Notes: generated by a model not told the origin, from the sequence alone. A DNA stretch of 64,000 nt from Dehalococcoidia bacterium (GCA_965197415.1 OZ240207.1:1053046-1117045), one strand, 5' to 3'. Positions 1 to 9,127 are shown, numbered from the stretch's first letter. Numbers and translations: made by a program.

Positions 1-2304
1 GTCGTAGAAGTAGAAGGGCACCGCGAACCCGTCGGGCACCGTCCCCTCCGGGAAACCAAGCGTGCGAAGCACGGCCAGGTTGGCCGCCTTCACCCCGAAC
101 GCGTCCCAGTCGTCGAACCCAACGTCGTCCAGGTCGGTGATCTGTGTGATCGTCAGATCCCGTTCCGGCGTCTGGGTCTGAGCGGGGCGGGAGTCGGAGT
201 AGTGCGCATCGACCTCGGCGCGGGTGGCCGCGCTGATGGAGTACCCGTCCTCGGTCACCGTATAGTGGACGAAACTGCCGATCAGGCCGGCGATATCGCC
301 GTCGTCGAGGGCGTCGCGGATATATGCGTTGGGGACGCCGTCCTGCACGGCCCGCAGGTTTACGTGCGCCAGCGGCGTCTGGGCCACGGTGGTGATGATG
401 CCGCCAACCCGGGGGAGCTCGTTGGGCAACGACTCATAGATCACGATGTCGCGGGGGTTGGGGCGTCCTTCCAGCGACATGACCCGCAGGAAACCGTATC
501 CCTCCTCCCGGTTGAAGGGAAGGAAATCGACGTCGCGCAGGATGTCCTCCTCCAACAGCACATCGACCCTGGAGTCGTCATAGTCGGTACGTTCCCGGTC
601 ATAGTTCTCTCGCTGTCTTGGCGAGATCGGCCGGTACGTAAGATCGTTGTCCAGCAGAGGCATGCTGGCTGCGAGCACCTCATGGGCAAGGGCCACAGTG
701 GCAAAATCGGGAGCATGATTTGATCCGAATGAGTAGACATAGACGCCCAATTCGCCGTTGGGAGCAAGCACATCGGGGTGGTAGACGATATCGCCGAACA
801 GCCTCCCTTCCCAGTAGCGCCAGTTGGCAATGAGCTGGTTCCTGTAAATGAAACCGTAGTGTGTCTCGGTGTTGCTGAAATAGACGGCCGGCCGGTTGGT
901 TTCATGGCCGAATATCAAGAAGGGGAGGTCCTGTAGATCCGGGTTGTTCACACGGGGCCCGGCAATAATCGTCTCAAATGTCCCGCGGTCGGGAACGGCC
1001 ACCACGCCATCGTCGAAGGGGACGGCAGGCGCGGGGTTCACCGGGTTCATCCCCACCGGGTCCTGGAGTTCGGTAATGTCGTCGATGCAATCGCCGTCAA
1101 CGTCGGCCGGGTCGGCTATAAGATACTTCTCCACCCGGTAGTGCTCCCTGGGGAGGGGCGAGAGCGGCTCGGTCAGCACCGTCGTGCCCTCCTGGCCCAG
1201 TGTCACCGAGGCCACGATCTCGCGATCACCGTCGAGGTCGGGTCGCACGTACAGCACGAAGTAGTCGCCGGTCGTGGAATCGACCGCGATGGCCGTGGAG
1301 TCGACCAGGACGGAGGCTGCCCCCACGGTCACGTCCACCGGCGCCGGGTCATAGCCGCCTCCGGGACAATCCCCTGGCGGCGCAGGCAACAGCGTCCCAA
1401 AGGGCGCGCTGGTCAGCCACTCGTCATTGCCCGCGTCGTCGGTGAAGCTCACCCGGACCATCAGATAGGGCCGTGAGAGCCTGCCCAGGTCGTATCCGGT
1501 CGGCGTGTACGTGGAGCCGGTGGCGTCTGCGATGTCGACGATCAGGACGTCTTCGTTCCGTATCCACTGGTAATTGAAGATGGCGGTGTCCAGCCCGTCG
1601 GCGTCGGCGATGCCCGAGGTGTCCGCCGTCAGGGTCTCGCCCACCTGGGCGGGTCCGGTGATGGCAGGCCGACCCGTCGCCGGGCTGTTGGGTGTGGACG
1701 CAACCGCGTCGGCCCCGGCGCTGATGCTCTCCAACTTCACCGTGATTGAGTCTCCGCGCGCCCAGCCGAGAGCGGTGTCGGTGACGCCGGACCAGGCCAG
1801 ACGGGTAAACGCACCGAGTCTCCAGTGTTCGACCGAGGTCGTGGTGGCGTCGGCCAGATCGTAGGTATGCTCGGCAGTCCCCTTGATTAAGCGGAGCCGC
1901 AGCAGGTCCCGGTCCTCCTTCTCGCCATCCTTGGCCGCCTCGAAGACCAGGGACAATGTGGAGGTGTCTCTGTCCACCAGGAGCTGGACTACCTCGTAAT
2001 CGTTGTCTTCAAAGGTGAATGTCCTCGAAGATACGGTCCCCAACCAATCTCGTCCGGCAAAATTGGAAGTCCAGCCGACGACCGGTGGCCACGTCCTGTC
2101 TGGCGGCGACGGGGCATATACCCTCAGCTTCGTCTCCCAGACGACTGCGGTATCTTCCTGGGCGCTGGCCGTCGGGGCGTGGAAGACGTACGGAAGGGCG
2201 GTCAGGACGACGGCGGCGATCAAAACCGCCAGCACGCACGAGCGCGCGATCCTTTTACCGGCATTACCGGCAGCGTGAGCGGCTCTGGCGGGAGCGGTGG
2301 TCAT
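1..2304 (-). CDS. Exported or signal-anchored multidomain protein, C-terminal end outside window: N-terminal beta-sandwich module, one 'YQW' repeat, a PEP-utilising swivelling-His-like domain and the start of a PPDK_N-type ATP-grasp domain
   Basis: Absent from the ORF track because it has no stop inside the window. My translation of the minus strand is open from ATG 2304-2302 down to position 1, in one frame. N-terminus MTTAPARAAHAAGNAGKRIARSCVLAVLIAAVVLTALPYVFHAPTASA/QE gives a hydrophobic anchor plus an AxA site. Motifs read: RPAITGPAQVGETLTADTSGIADADGL..FNYQW..VSFTDDAGNDEWLTSAPFG (about 1396-1672); VGGIITTVAQTPLAHVNLRAVQDGVP (about 340-410); FGVKAANLAVLRTLGFPEGTVPDGFAVPFYFYD (1-100). Confidence 0.7.
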   Translation of the reverse strand, partial: MTTAPARAAHAAGNAGKRIARSCVLAVLIAAVVLTALPYVFHAPTASAQEDTAVVWETKLRVYAPSPPDRTWPPVVGWTSNFAGRDWLGTVSSRTFTFEDNDYEVVQLLVDRDTSTLSLVFEAAKDGEKEDRDLLRLRLIKGTAEHTYDLADATTTSVEHWRLGAFTRLAWSGVTDTALGWARGDSITVKLESISAGADAVASTPNSPATGRPAITGPAQVGETLTADTSGIADADGLDTAIFNYQWIRNEDVLIVDIADATGSTYTPTGYDLGRLSRPYLMVRVSFTDDAGNDEWLTSAPFGTLLPAPPGDCPGGGYDPAPVDVTVGAASVLVDSTAIAVDSTTGDYFVLYVRPDLDGDREIVASVTLGQEGTTVLTEPLSPLPREHYRVEKYLIADPADVDGDCIDDITELQDPVGMNPVNPAPAVPFDDGVVAVPDRGTFETIIAGPRVNNPDLQDLPFLIFGHETNRPAVYFSNTETHYGFIYRNQLIANWRYWEGRLFGDIVYHPDVLAPNGELGVYVYSFGSNHAPDFATVALAHEVLAASMPLLDNDLTYRPISPRQRENYDRERTDYDDSRVDVLLEEDILRDVDFLPFNREEGYGFLRVMSLEGRPNPRDIVIYESLPNELPRVGGIITTVAQTPLAHVNLRAVQDGVPNAYIRDALDDGDIAGLIGSFVHYTVTEDGYSISAATRAEVDAHYSDSRPAQTQTPERDLTITQITDLDDVGFDDWDAFGVKAANLAVLRTLGFPEGTVPDGFAVPFYFYD

Positions 2305-2774
2305 GGCGTCCAGCCACCCTCAGGGATCGACAGGGCCGCCAGCTCTCGGGCACGACGGAGAGGCGAAGGGCGCGCCGATGCCGCCCGCGCACTCGGCACG
2401 GGCAGGTGAACCGTCGCACTGGTAGCCGCTCCCTCAACCCGCTCGGGACGCCAATCGCCGACCTCGGATTCCAGCGGAGTTTGGAAGAATGGGCCCGCAG
2501 ACGCCGCATCGCGGTACCTGAGCGGAGCCGATGGATATGGGGCGCGCCGTATGCAGGACCGGGCCGTTTCAGGACCCCGTTCGCCCGTCCTCTTACCGGG
2601 CTCCCTTAGAAGACCTGGCTTTCCGGCCATTAGTCTCTCCCTCGCTCGTTCCCTTGTTCACCTGTCACCTGGTCGTTCGTGGCCCCGGATGCCTGACCCT
2701 CAGGCCGAACTTCCGCGGGTACGGGCCACTGTTCGTTTCCGTTGTGCTCGACGATTCCCCCGGCCATTGGTGAT

Positions 2775-3797
2775 TCAGCCTCCCGAGCCCGACGCGTCGT
2801 GGCCGCTGTGCCAGCCGGAGCCGAATGTCATCCCGTCCTGACTGACCAACCAGACGCGCACGTCCTCCGTGGTCACCCAGTTGCCTTCGGCGGTGGCCTC
2901 GAACATATCCGTGCCGAGCAGGTCCTTTAGGTCCGTTCCAACCAGATTCTTGTCGTAGTGGTCTATGACCGTGCCGCTTTCGTCGGCTATGAACGCGAAC
3001 CACTCGCCCTCAACGTTTGGGGTGTTGTTGTAGTACTCAATGGTCGCCGCCAGTCCCGCAAAATCGCTCCCGGGGCTGGCGAAGTAGGCGATGGTCCCCT
3101 CCAGCCCTGCCTGGCGGAACACGCGAGCGGCTGTGGAGACCATGGCCTTGGTGAACTCGTCGGCGTTGACATACCAGCCCGAGGCGAACAGCAGCCCGTC
3201 GTGCTTCACCACCCAGGCGTTCTTCAACTCAAGCGCCCCCGTGTGGCCGGGCCCGATGACACCGTTCTCCGGCTTGCGGTAGACGTAGGACACCCACTTG
3301 CCGTCCCCGGTGGCCGACAGCATGTCCGCGCCATAGTTGTAGCCGTTGGTGTCGGTGCCCACCCAGCCCTTCAGGTCCAGCCCCAGGCGGTAGGGGTTGG
3401 GGTGCGCGATCAGCCGGTCGTCCTCGCCGATGATGAAGACGTACCACTGGCCATCTATGCTCTCCTCCCGGTTGTAGTGGGCGATGGCGGCGTCCCGGCC
3501 CTGGGTCTCGTAACGGGCGATGGCTGCATCTACGAAAAATCTGGTGTACTCGGCGGGGTCGGACCTGGATGGTATGGAGGCCACTACGCCGCGCGCTATC
3601 AGCTCTACTTCAGAGGGGGTGAGGTCGGTTCCCGGCTGTGACGGGGAAGCGTCGGCGAGTTCGGCGCGCACCATCTCCTCCACCTCGGCGCGGGTGAGGC
3701 CCGGCTCCGCGTCGGAGTCCCCACAGGCCGCTACGAGGAGCAGCGCCAGGACGGCCAGCGCCGCCAAGGCGAGAGCCCTCAGCTTCCCGTATTCCAT
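2775..3797 (-). CDS. Lipoprotein with two tandem single-Cache (sCache_2-like) ligand-binding modules and no output domain
   Basis: 340-aa ORF. Lipobox LLLVAAC|GDSD. Cache-type strings: IDGQWYVFIIGEDDRLIAHPNPYRLGLDLKGWVGTDTNGYNYGADML..GKWVSYVYRKP, and a second module EGEWFAFIADESGTVIDHYDKNLVGTDLKDLLGTDMF. Paralog of 5376-6386. Confidence 0.8.
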   Translation of the reverse strand: MEYGKLRALALAALAVLALLLVAACGDSDAEPGLTRAEVEEMVRAELADASPSQPGTDLTPSEVELIARGVVASIPSRSDPAEYTRFFVDAAIARYETQGRDAAIAHYNREESIDGQWYVFIIGEDDRLIAHPNPYRLGLDLKGWVGTDTNGYNYGADMLSATGDGKWVSYVYRKPENGVIGPGHTGALELKNAWVVKHDGLLFASGWYVNADEFTKAMVSTAARVFRQAGLEGTIAYFASPGSDFAGLAATIEYYNNTPNVEGEWFAFIADESGTVIDHYDKNLVGTDLKDLLGTDMFEATAEGNWVTTEDVRVWLVSQDGMTFGSGWHSGHDASGSGG

Positions 3798-3863
3798 GTG
3801 ACCTCCGCTTTCATCGGTATTGCCGCCCGTCGTCGCATGGGCTATCGGTCAACCCTTCAAGCA

Positions 3864-4472
3864 CTACGATCCGCCCGTGCAGTTATCCCCGATAATCGTG
3901 CCGTTCAAGGTGTGGAGGACGATGCAGATCGAGTTCGACGTGCCAACCGTGTACGGCTGCCCCTCCAGCGTTTCCAGCTCGATGGTCAGCGGGCCTGACG
4001 TCGCGAGCCCGATGACATCCGAGAGATCCCAATCGATGGCCGTGCCAGTGCTGTTGTACCTCGCGAGGCCTGTGTCAACACTCGATGGTGAGCCGCTGTT
4101 GGCCTCTGCATAGGTGAAATTGATGTGCGCCACGACTCCGACGTACTGACCAAACAGGCTTCCTCCTCCGCTTCGCGAGATGCGGTAATACGCCCTGGAG
4201 TCGTCGTGCGCCACGGGGTGCTCGGTACCGTCGGGTCCGGCGAGGGTTTCGGTGGGGTGGAGCTTGCCCGGGACGGCAATGTTGTCGTCGGGATTGTTGA
4301 ATATTTGCAGCGTGGTAGTCGTCTGTGCCTGCGCGGAGCCTGCGACCACGGCCATCACGGCCACCGCGACCGCCAGTACCACGGCGGCCACCGGCAGACG
4401 CGGCATCCGGAACAGCCGGCGCCGGAAACCTTCTCCTCCACCGGTCGGTGTGCTGATGCCTTCCTGTTTCAT
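3864..4472 (-). CDS. Small secreted protein of unknown function (paralog A)
   Basis: 202-aa ORF with RBS GAAGGAGG upstream of the ATG. Signal peptide ..AVVAGSAQA/QTTTT. Cys near the C-terminus (ICIVLH..GDNCTGGS). Clear paralog of 4576-5202. Confidence 0.75.
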   Translation of the reverse strand: MKQEGISTPTGGGEGFRRRLFRMPRLPVAAVVLAVAVAVMAVVAGSAQAQTTTTLQIFNNPDDNIAVPGKLHPTETLAGPDGTEHPVAHDDSRAYYRISRSGGGSLFGQYVGVVAHINFTYAEANSGSPSSVDTGLARYNSTGTAIDWDLSDVIGLATSGPLTIELETLEGQPYTVGTSNSICIVLHTLNGTIIGDNCTGGS

Positions 4473-4575
4473 CTCTTAGTTGCCTCCTTCAGCGTGCGCG
4501 AGTGTGCATTCCATTCCGTTTTCATCGTTGTCGCTGCCTGTAGTCGCATGGGGCAATCGGGCACCCCTCCGGGCG

Positions 4576-5202
4576 CTACGATCCGCTCTGGCAGTTGTCT
4601 CCCGTGACGTTGCCGCTCAGGTCGTGGAGGACGATGCAGAGCGAGTGGTTCGTGCCGACCGTGTACGGCTCCCCATCCTTCTCGACCAGCGTGATGGTCA
4701 GCGGACCCGTGGTCTTCGCAAAGGTGGGCGGACCTGCATTGGCCATCATGATGATTGTCGAAAGGCTCCAGGGTGGGCCGAATTTCCCAATGAGACTCCG
4801 TTCACCACTCGTGGGGTTCCCGAAGCCGTTGGCATAGCTGTATTCGAAGCCCGCCACGACCCCATCGCTATTCCTGCTGAAAAGGTTTCCTCCGCCGGAA
4901 GCCGTAACGCGGAAATACGCCTTGGAGTCGTCGTGCGCCACGGGGTACTCGGTACCGTCGGGTCCGGCGAGGGTTTCGGTAGGGTGGAGCTTGCCCGGGA
5001 CGGCGATGGTGTCGCCGTTGGTGTGGTATGCCAATTGCAGCGTGGTCGTCGTCTGAGCCTGCGCGGAGCCTGCGACCACGGCGACGACGGCCACCGCGAC
5101 CGCCAGTACCACGACGGCCAACGCCAGACGCGGCAGCCGGAACAGCCGGCGCCGGAAACCTTCTCCTCCACCGGTCGGTGTGCTGATACCTTCCTGTTTC
5201 AT
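4576..5202 (-). CDS. Small secreted protein of unknown function (paralog B)
   Basis: The track ORF runs 4576-5283. I prefer the internal ATG at 5202 (MKQEGISTP..) because it is preceded by AAGGAGG and matches the start of paralog A. Signal peptide ..VVAGSAQA/QTTTT; C-terminus GDNCQSGS. Confidence 0.75.
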   Translation of the reverse strand: MKQEGISTPTGGGEGFRRRLFRLPRLALAVVVLAVAVAVVAVVAGSAQAQTTTTLQLAYHTNGDTIAVPGKLHPTETLAGPDGTEYPVAHDDSKAYFRVTASGGGNLFSRNSDGVVAGFEYSYANGFGNPTSGERSLIGKFGPPWSLSTIIMMANAGPPTFAKTTGPLTITLVEKDGEPYTVGTNHSLCIVLHDLSGNVTGDNCQSGS

Positions 5203-5375
5203 CTTTGCCTCCTTATTTGGAACCTCTTGTTTTTGTTCGCCCCGCCTCGCCGCCTCGGCTCCGGAGAGAGGTATGCGGACCACGGGAGTCCGGCTGGAGC
5301 GGGTTGCCTGAATTGGGTCTTGGCCCTGGTCATGGTTTCAATCCCCGTGCATGAATGGGCTCCGGGCGCCACCGC

Positions 5376-6386
5376 TCAGTCTCCCGGCTCGTCATTGCCG
5401 CTGTGCCAGCCCGAGCCGAAGGTCATCCCGTCCTGGCCGAGCACCCAGACCCGCACGTCCTCCGTGGTGATCCAGTTGCCCTCCACGGTGACTTCGAAGT
5501 CATCCGTGCCCAGCACGTCTGCAAGGCTCTTCCCCACCATCTCCTTGTGGAAGTGGTCGATGATCGTGCCGCTCTCGTCGGCTACGAAGGCGAACCAGGC
5601 CCCCGCCACGTCTTCGGCGGTGTTGTAGTAGGCGATGGCCGCGTGCAGTCCCGCAAAATCGGTGTCGGGGCTGGCGAAGTAGGCGATGGTGCCCTCCAGA
5701 CCCACCTGGCGGAACACCCGGGCGGCCGTGGCCACCAGGGCCTGGGTGAAGGCGTCGGCGTTGACGTACCAGCCCGAGCCGAACAGCAGGCCGTCGTGCC
5801 GCACCACCCAAGCGTTCTTCAGCTCGAACTCGCCGGTGTAGCCGGGCCCGAAGTCCCCGTGCTCGGGGTTGGCGGACACGTAGGTCACCCACTTGCCCTC
5901 GTCCGTCGCAGAGAGCATCTCCGGGGCGTAGTTGTAGCCGTTGATGTCGGTGCCCACCCAGCCGTTCACGTCCAGCCCCACGCGTTCGGGGTCGGGATGG
6001 GCGACGACGCGGGCGTCCTGGTCGATGATGAAGACGTACCACTGGCCGTCGATGCTCTCCTTGCGGCTGTAGTGGGCGAGGGTGTCCTCCCGGCCCCGGG
6101 TCTCGTAGCGGGCGATGGCCGCGTCCACGACGAACGCGGCGTAGTCGGCGGGGGCCGACCTGGAGGGAATCGAGGCCACCACCCCGCGGGCGATGCGCTC
6201 CGCCTCGGCGGCGGTGACGCCCCCTCCGGGCTGTGGCGGGGCCGGGGCGGCGGCGAGCTCGGCGCGGACGATCTCCCTGACCTCGTCGGCAGTGATGCCC
6301 GGCTCGGCGTCCCCGTCCCCGCAGGCCGCCAGCAGGAGCAGCGCCGCGAGGGCCAGGGCCGCCCATCCTCTCATGTGTTTGATCAT
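5376..6386 (-). CDS. Lipoprotein with two tandem sCache_2-like modules (paralog of 2775-3797)
   Basis: The track ORF runs 5376-6572. I prefer ATG 6386 (MIKHMRGWAALALAALLLLAAC|GDGD) with GGAAGGA upstream. The longer N-terminal extension is Arg/Gly/Pro junk. Cache strings: IDGQWYVFIIDQDARVVAHPDPERVGLDVNGWVGTDINGYNY and AGAWFAFVADESGTIIDHFHKEMVGKSL. Confidence 0.8.
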   Translation of the reverse strand: MIKHMRGWAALALAALLLLAACGDGDAEPGITADEVREIVRAELAAAPAPPQPGGGVTAAEAERIARGVVASIPSRSAPADYAAFVVDAAIARYETRGREDTLAHYSRKESIDGQWYVFIIDQDARVVAHPDPERVGLDVNGWVGTDINGYNYAPEMLSATDEGKWVTYVSANPEHGDFGPGYTGEFELKNAWVVRHDGLLFGSGWYVNADAFTQALVATAARVFRQVGLEGTIAYFASPDTDFAGLHAAIAYYNTAEDVAGAWFAFVADESGTIIDHFHKEMVGKSLADVLGTDDFEVTVEGNWITTEDVRVWVLGQDGMTFGSGWHSGNDEPGD

Positions 6387-6472
6387 TTCATCCTTCCCAT
6401 GAAATCGGTGTTTTTTGCTTTGGGCCCCGGATGGAGGGTGCGGTTCCGCCGGGGGATTTCGGGGCGCCGGAG

Positions 6473-7294
6473 CTACATGCCCGACACGCAGGTCGTGCCG
6501 GGTCCCTCGATGTCCACCTCGGCTACCGGGTCCCGGCCAAGGACATACCCCTCCCCGGCCAGCACCTCCCACGTGAGGGTGCAGACAGGGTTGTTGCTCT
6601 CGTCCACCTCGGAGACCCAGTGGAAGTTCGAGAAGAATTCCTTCCCGGCGGGGAACGTGCGCGTCACGGTTTCTCCGCCTTGCACATAGCTCAGGGTGAA
6701 GCTCAGCGACTCGTCCGCATTCCCGATGCGGCTGAACTCAAACTCCACGGTGTCCTTGTACTCCGCCTCGCTGTCGTTCGCGTAGACGTTGACCATCGGC
6801 AGGGCGGTGATCTTCACGTCAACCTCGTCGTTGTCCGCCCACCCGAACGACGGAAAGAGAAACCATGAGTAGGTGTGGCCATAGGTGGAATCATTCGTAT
6901 AGGTGGCATCCTCGAAGCTGAACGTCTGCCCGCCGATGTGAAGGGTCATGGCCCTCACCTCGCCGTCATTGGCCTGCCTGTTACCAAATCCCACATAGAG
7001 TTGACTGCTAATAATCCGGTCATAGATCAGGGATACCTCGAAAGTGTGTCTCCCCAGAATGAAGCTATCGTCTGAGAGGGACCCGATGCCCACTCCCTCA
7101 GACGTGTACCCCTTGCTGATGATGAAACTCCCCACCGTCATGGTCGAGGACCAGATCTCCTCTCCGTCATCCGAGCTCTGCGCCGAGGCAGGCGAGCCCA
7201 CGGCCAGCAGGGCCGCGATGACCGCCAGCGCCGCTAGGGCCAGCGCTACGGCGGAGCGGATGCCGAACTCCGGTATGAGGTTTTGCATTGTCAT
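6473..7294 (-). CDS. Secreted two-module beta-sandwich protein, tandem paralog 1 of 3
   Basis: 273 aa, starting MTMQNLIPEFGIR.., leader ..ALLAVGSPASA/QSSDDGEEIWSSTMTVG, C-terminus ..NPVCTLTW..IEGPGTTCVSGM. GGAGGA upstream. The second half (TALP..EFEFSRIGNADESLSFTLSY..) has a Calx-beta-like pattern; that fold call is uncertain. Confidence 0.8.
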   Translation of the reverse strand: MTMQNLIPEFGIRSAVALALAALAVIAALLAVGSPASAQSSDDGEEIWSSTMTVGSFIISKGYTSEGVGIGSLSDDSFILGRHTFEVSLIYDRIISSQLYVGFGNRQANDGEVRAMTLHIGGQTFSFEDATYTNDSTYGHTYSWFLFPSFGWADNDEVDVKITALPMVNVYANDSEAEYKDTVEFEFSRIGNADESLSFTLSYVQGGETVTRTFPAGKEFFSNFHWVSEVDESNNPVCTLTWEVLAGEGYVLGRDPVAEVDIEGPGTTCVSGM

Positions 7295-7341
7295 TGCGGT
7301 TGGATTCGTCCTCCGGCCAGGGGCCGCGAGCGGCGCCGGGG

Positions 7342-8187
7342 CTACATGCCCGACATGCAGGTCGTGCCTGGGCCTTCGACGGTCACCACCGCTTCACCCG
7401 GAGAGATGACGTAACCTGGCACGGGCGATATGTACCACGTGATCTCGCAGACCGGGTTGGTGGTGCCCTCCCATACGTCAATGGCCCAGTGAGCGTTGCT
7501 GAAGCTCGCCTGCCCTGCTGCGAACTTGCGCGTCGCCGTCTCTCCGCTTTCGACATGTCCCAGCGTGAAGCTCAGCGCCTCGTCGATGTTCCCGGTGCGG
7601 GTGAACTTGAACTCCGCGGTCGACTCGGCGGCATTATTGTTGCCGCCGTATTCCACCGTGGTCGTGACCGCCTCGATGCCGATGGACTTCTTCTCGGTGA
7701 TCTTCAGGGCTACCGCGTCGCTTGTCGCCCAGCCGAAGCGCGAGGAGAGCGACCAACTGTAGACGTCGCTAAAGGTGCTATCAAACGAATAGGTGGCATC
7801 GTTGAAATCGAACGTCCGCCCGTCGACGTGAAGCGTCCAGGTCTGCTCTTCGAGGGAGTTAAGCGGCTCGTTGATTGCAAAAATCAGCGTGCCGATGGTG
7901 CCGGCAGAGGAGTCGATGATTCCGGTTATCAACTCATTTCCAGTATCCAGGGGGACCCTACCGTCGGAGAGCGAACCTATTCCACCAATGTTTGGATGTC
8001 TGAACCCCTGGCCGATGGGGAAAGCCCCCGTCGTCATCGTTGATGACCAGATCTCTTTGTCATCCGAGCTCTGCGCCGAGGCCGGGGAGCCCACGGCCAG
8101 CAGGGCCGCGACGACCACTGCGGCCACCGCCGCCAGCACGACCGCCCAGCGGATTCCGAACCTTGGGACTGCATTTCTGATTGTCAT
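7342..8187 (-). CDS. Secreted two-module beta-sandwich protein, tandem paralog 2 of 3
   Basis: 281 aa, MTIRNAVPRFGIR.., the same leader LLAVGSPASA/QSSDD, C-terminus ..NPVCEITW..VEGPGTTCMSGM. AAGGAG RBS. Confidence 0.8.
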   Translation of the reverse strand: MTIRNAVPRFGIRWAVVLAAVAAVVVAALLAVGSPASAQSSDDKEIWSSTMTTGAFPIGQGFRHPNIGGIGSLSDGRVPLDTGNELITGIIDSSAGTIGTLIFAINEPLNSLEEQTWTLHVDGRTFDFNDATYSFDSTFSDVYSWSLSSRFGWATSDAVALKITEKKSIGIEAVTTTVEYGGNNNAAESTAEFKFTRTGNIDEALSFTLGHVESGETATRKFAAGQASFSNAHWAIDVWEGTTNPVCEITWYISPVPGYVISPGEAVVTVEGPGTTCMSGM

Positions 8188-8239
8188 TGCGATTGACTCC
8201 TTCTTTTATCGGGGTGGTAGACAGGAAGCGGCGCCGGAG

Positions 8240-9127
8240 CTACATGCTCGACATGCAGGTCGTGCCGGGGCCGCTGACGGCCACCGTCGCCTCAGCTGGG
8301 CTGCCCACGACGTAGCCGTCCCCAGAACGCACTGTCCAGATGATTAAGCAGACAGGGTTGTTGCTGCTGTCCACGTCGACGGCCCAGTGAAAGTTGCTGA
8401 AACTCGATACCCCGGCTTTGAACGTGCGCGTCACGGTCTCTTTGTTGGGGCTGAATACGCCGCCATTAGTCAATTCGAAGCTCAGTGCGTTTTTCGCGCT
8501 GCCGGTGCGGGTGAACCTGAACTCCGCGGTCGACTCGGCGGCATTGTTGTTTCCGCCGTATTCCACCGTGGTTGTGACCGCCTCGATGGTGATGATCGGC
8601 AGCGCGGTGATCTTCACGGCAACCGTCGTCCCTGTCGCCCAATTGAAGCGCGGTAGCGACGGCGTAAAATTCCATGAGTACGTGTGGTAGTTGTCACCGC
8701 CGATGTTATTAACGGCAAAGCCGGCATCCGCAAAGTTGTACGTTCGCCCGCCGATGTGGAGCCGCATGGCATCCTCATCCGTTTGATGTAGCTTTTGGCT
8801 CAATCCGATGCTGAGTTTGTCGGTTCCAATATCGGTGTCAATGAGGTAGAAAATGGAGTATGCGTCACTAATGTCCTGGGCAGGAGAGTCGATTTCACTG
8901 TCAGTGAGATCCCCATACAAGTTGGGGTGCACGTCGTAGTAACCCCTGATGCTGCCGTTGGCTCCCACCGTCATCGTCTGGGAATAGATCTCGTCTCCAT
9001 CATCCGAGCTCTGCGCCGAGGCCGGGGAGCCCACGGCCAGCAGGGCCGCGACGACCACCGCTGCCGCCACCGCCAGCGCCGCCACCGTTCTCATCCCGAA
9101 TCCCGGTAGGAAGTTTCGTATTGTCAT
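8240..9127 (-). CDS. Secreted two-module beta-sandwich protein, tandem paralog 3 of 3
   Basis: The track ORF starts at GTG 9136. By homology with the other two copies (conserved GCAATGACAAT start context) I place the start at ATG 9127 (MTIRNFLPGFGMR..). C-terminus ..NPVCLIIW..VSGPGTTCMSSM. Confidence 0.8.
   Translation of the reverse strand: MTIRNFLPGFGMRTVAALAVAAAVVVAALLAVGSPASAQSSDDGDEIYSQTMTVGANGSIRGYYDVHPNLYGDLTDSEIDSPAQDISDAYSIFYLIDTDIGTDKLSIGLSQKLHQTDEDAMRLHIGGRTYNFADAGFAVNNIGGDNYHTYSWNFTPSLPRFNWATGTTVAVKITALPIITIEAVTTTVEYGGNNNAAESTAEFRFTRTGSAKNALSFELTNGGVFSPNKETVTRTFKAGVSSFSNFHWAVDVDSSNNPVCLIIWTVRSGDGYVVGSPAEATVAVSGPGTTCMSSM

Noticed and set aside
5355-6689. 444-aa plus-strand ORF and a 288-aa alternative minus frame overlapping the second Cache lipoprotein gene
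   Set aside because: Both are shadow frames with Gly/Arg/Pro/His-rich composition. The chosen frame has a lipobox, Cache motifs and a clear paralog at 2775-3797.
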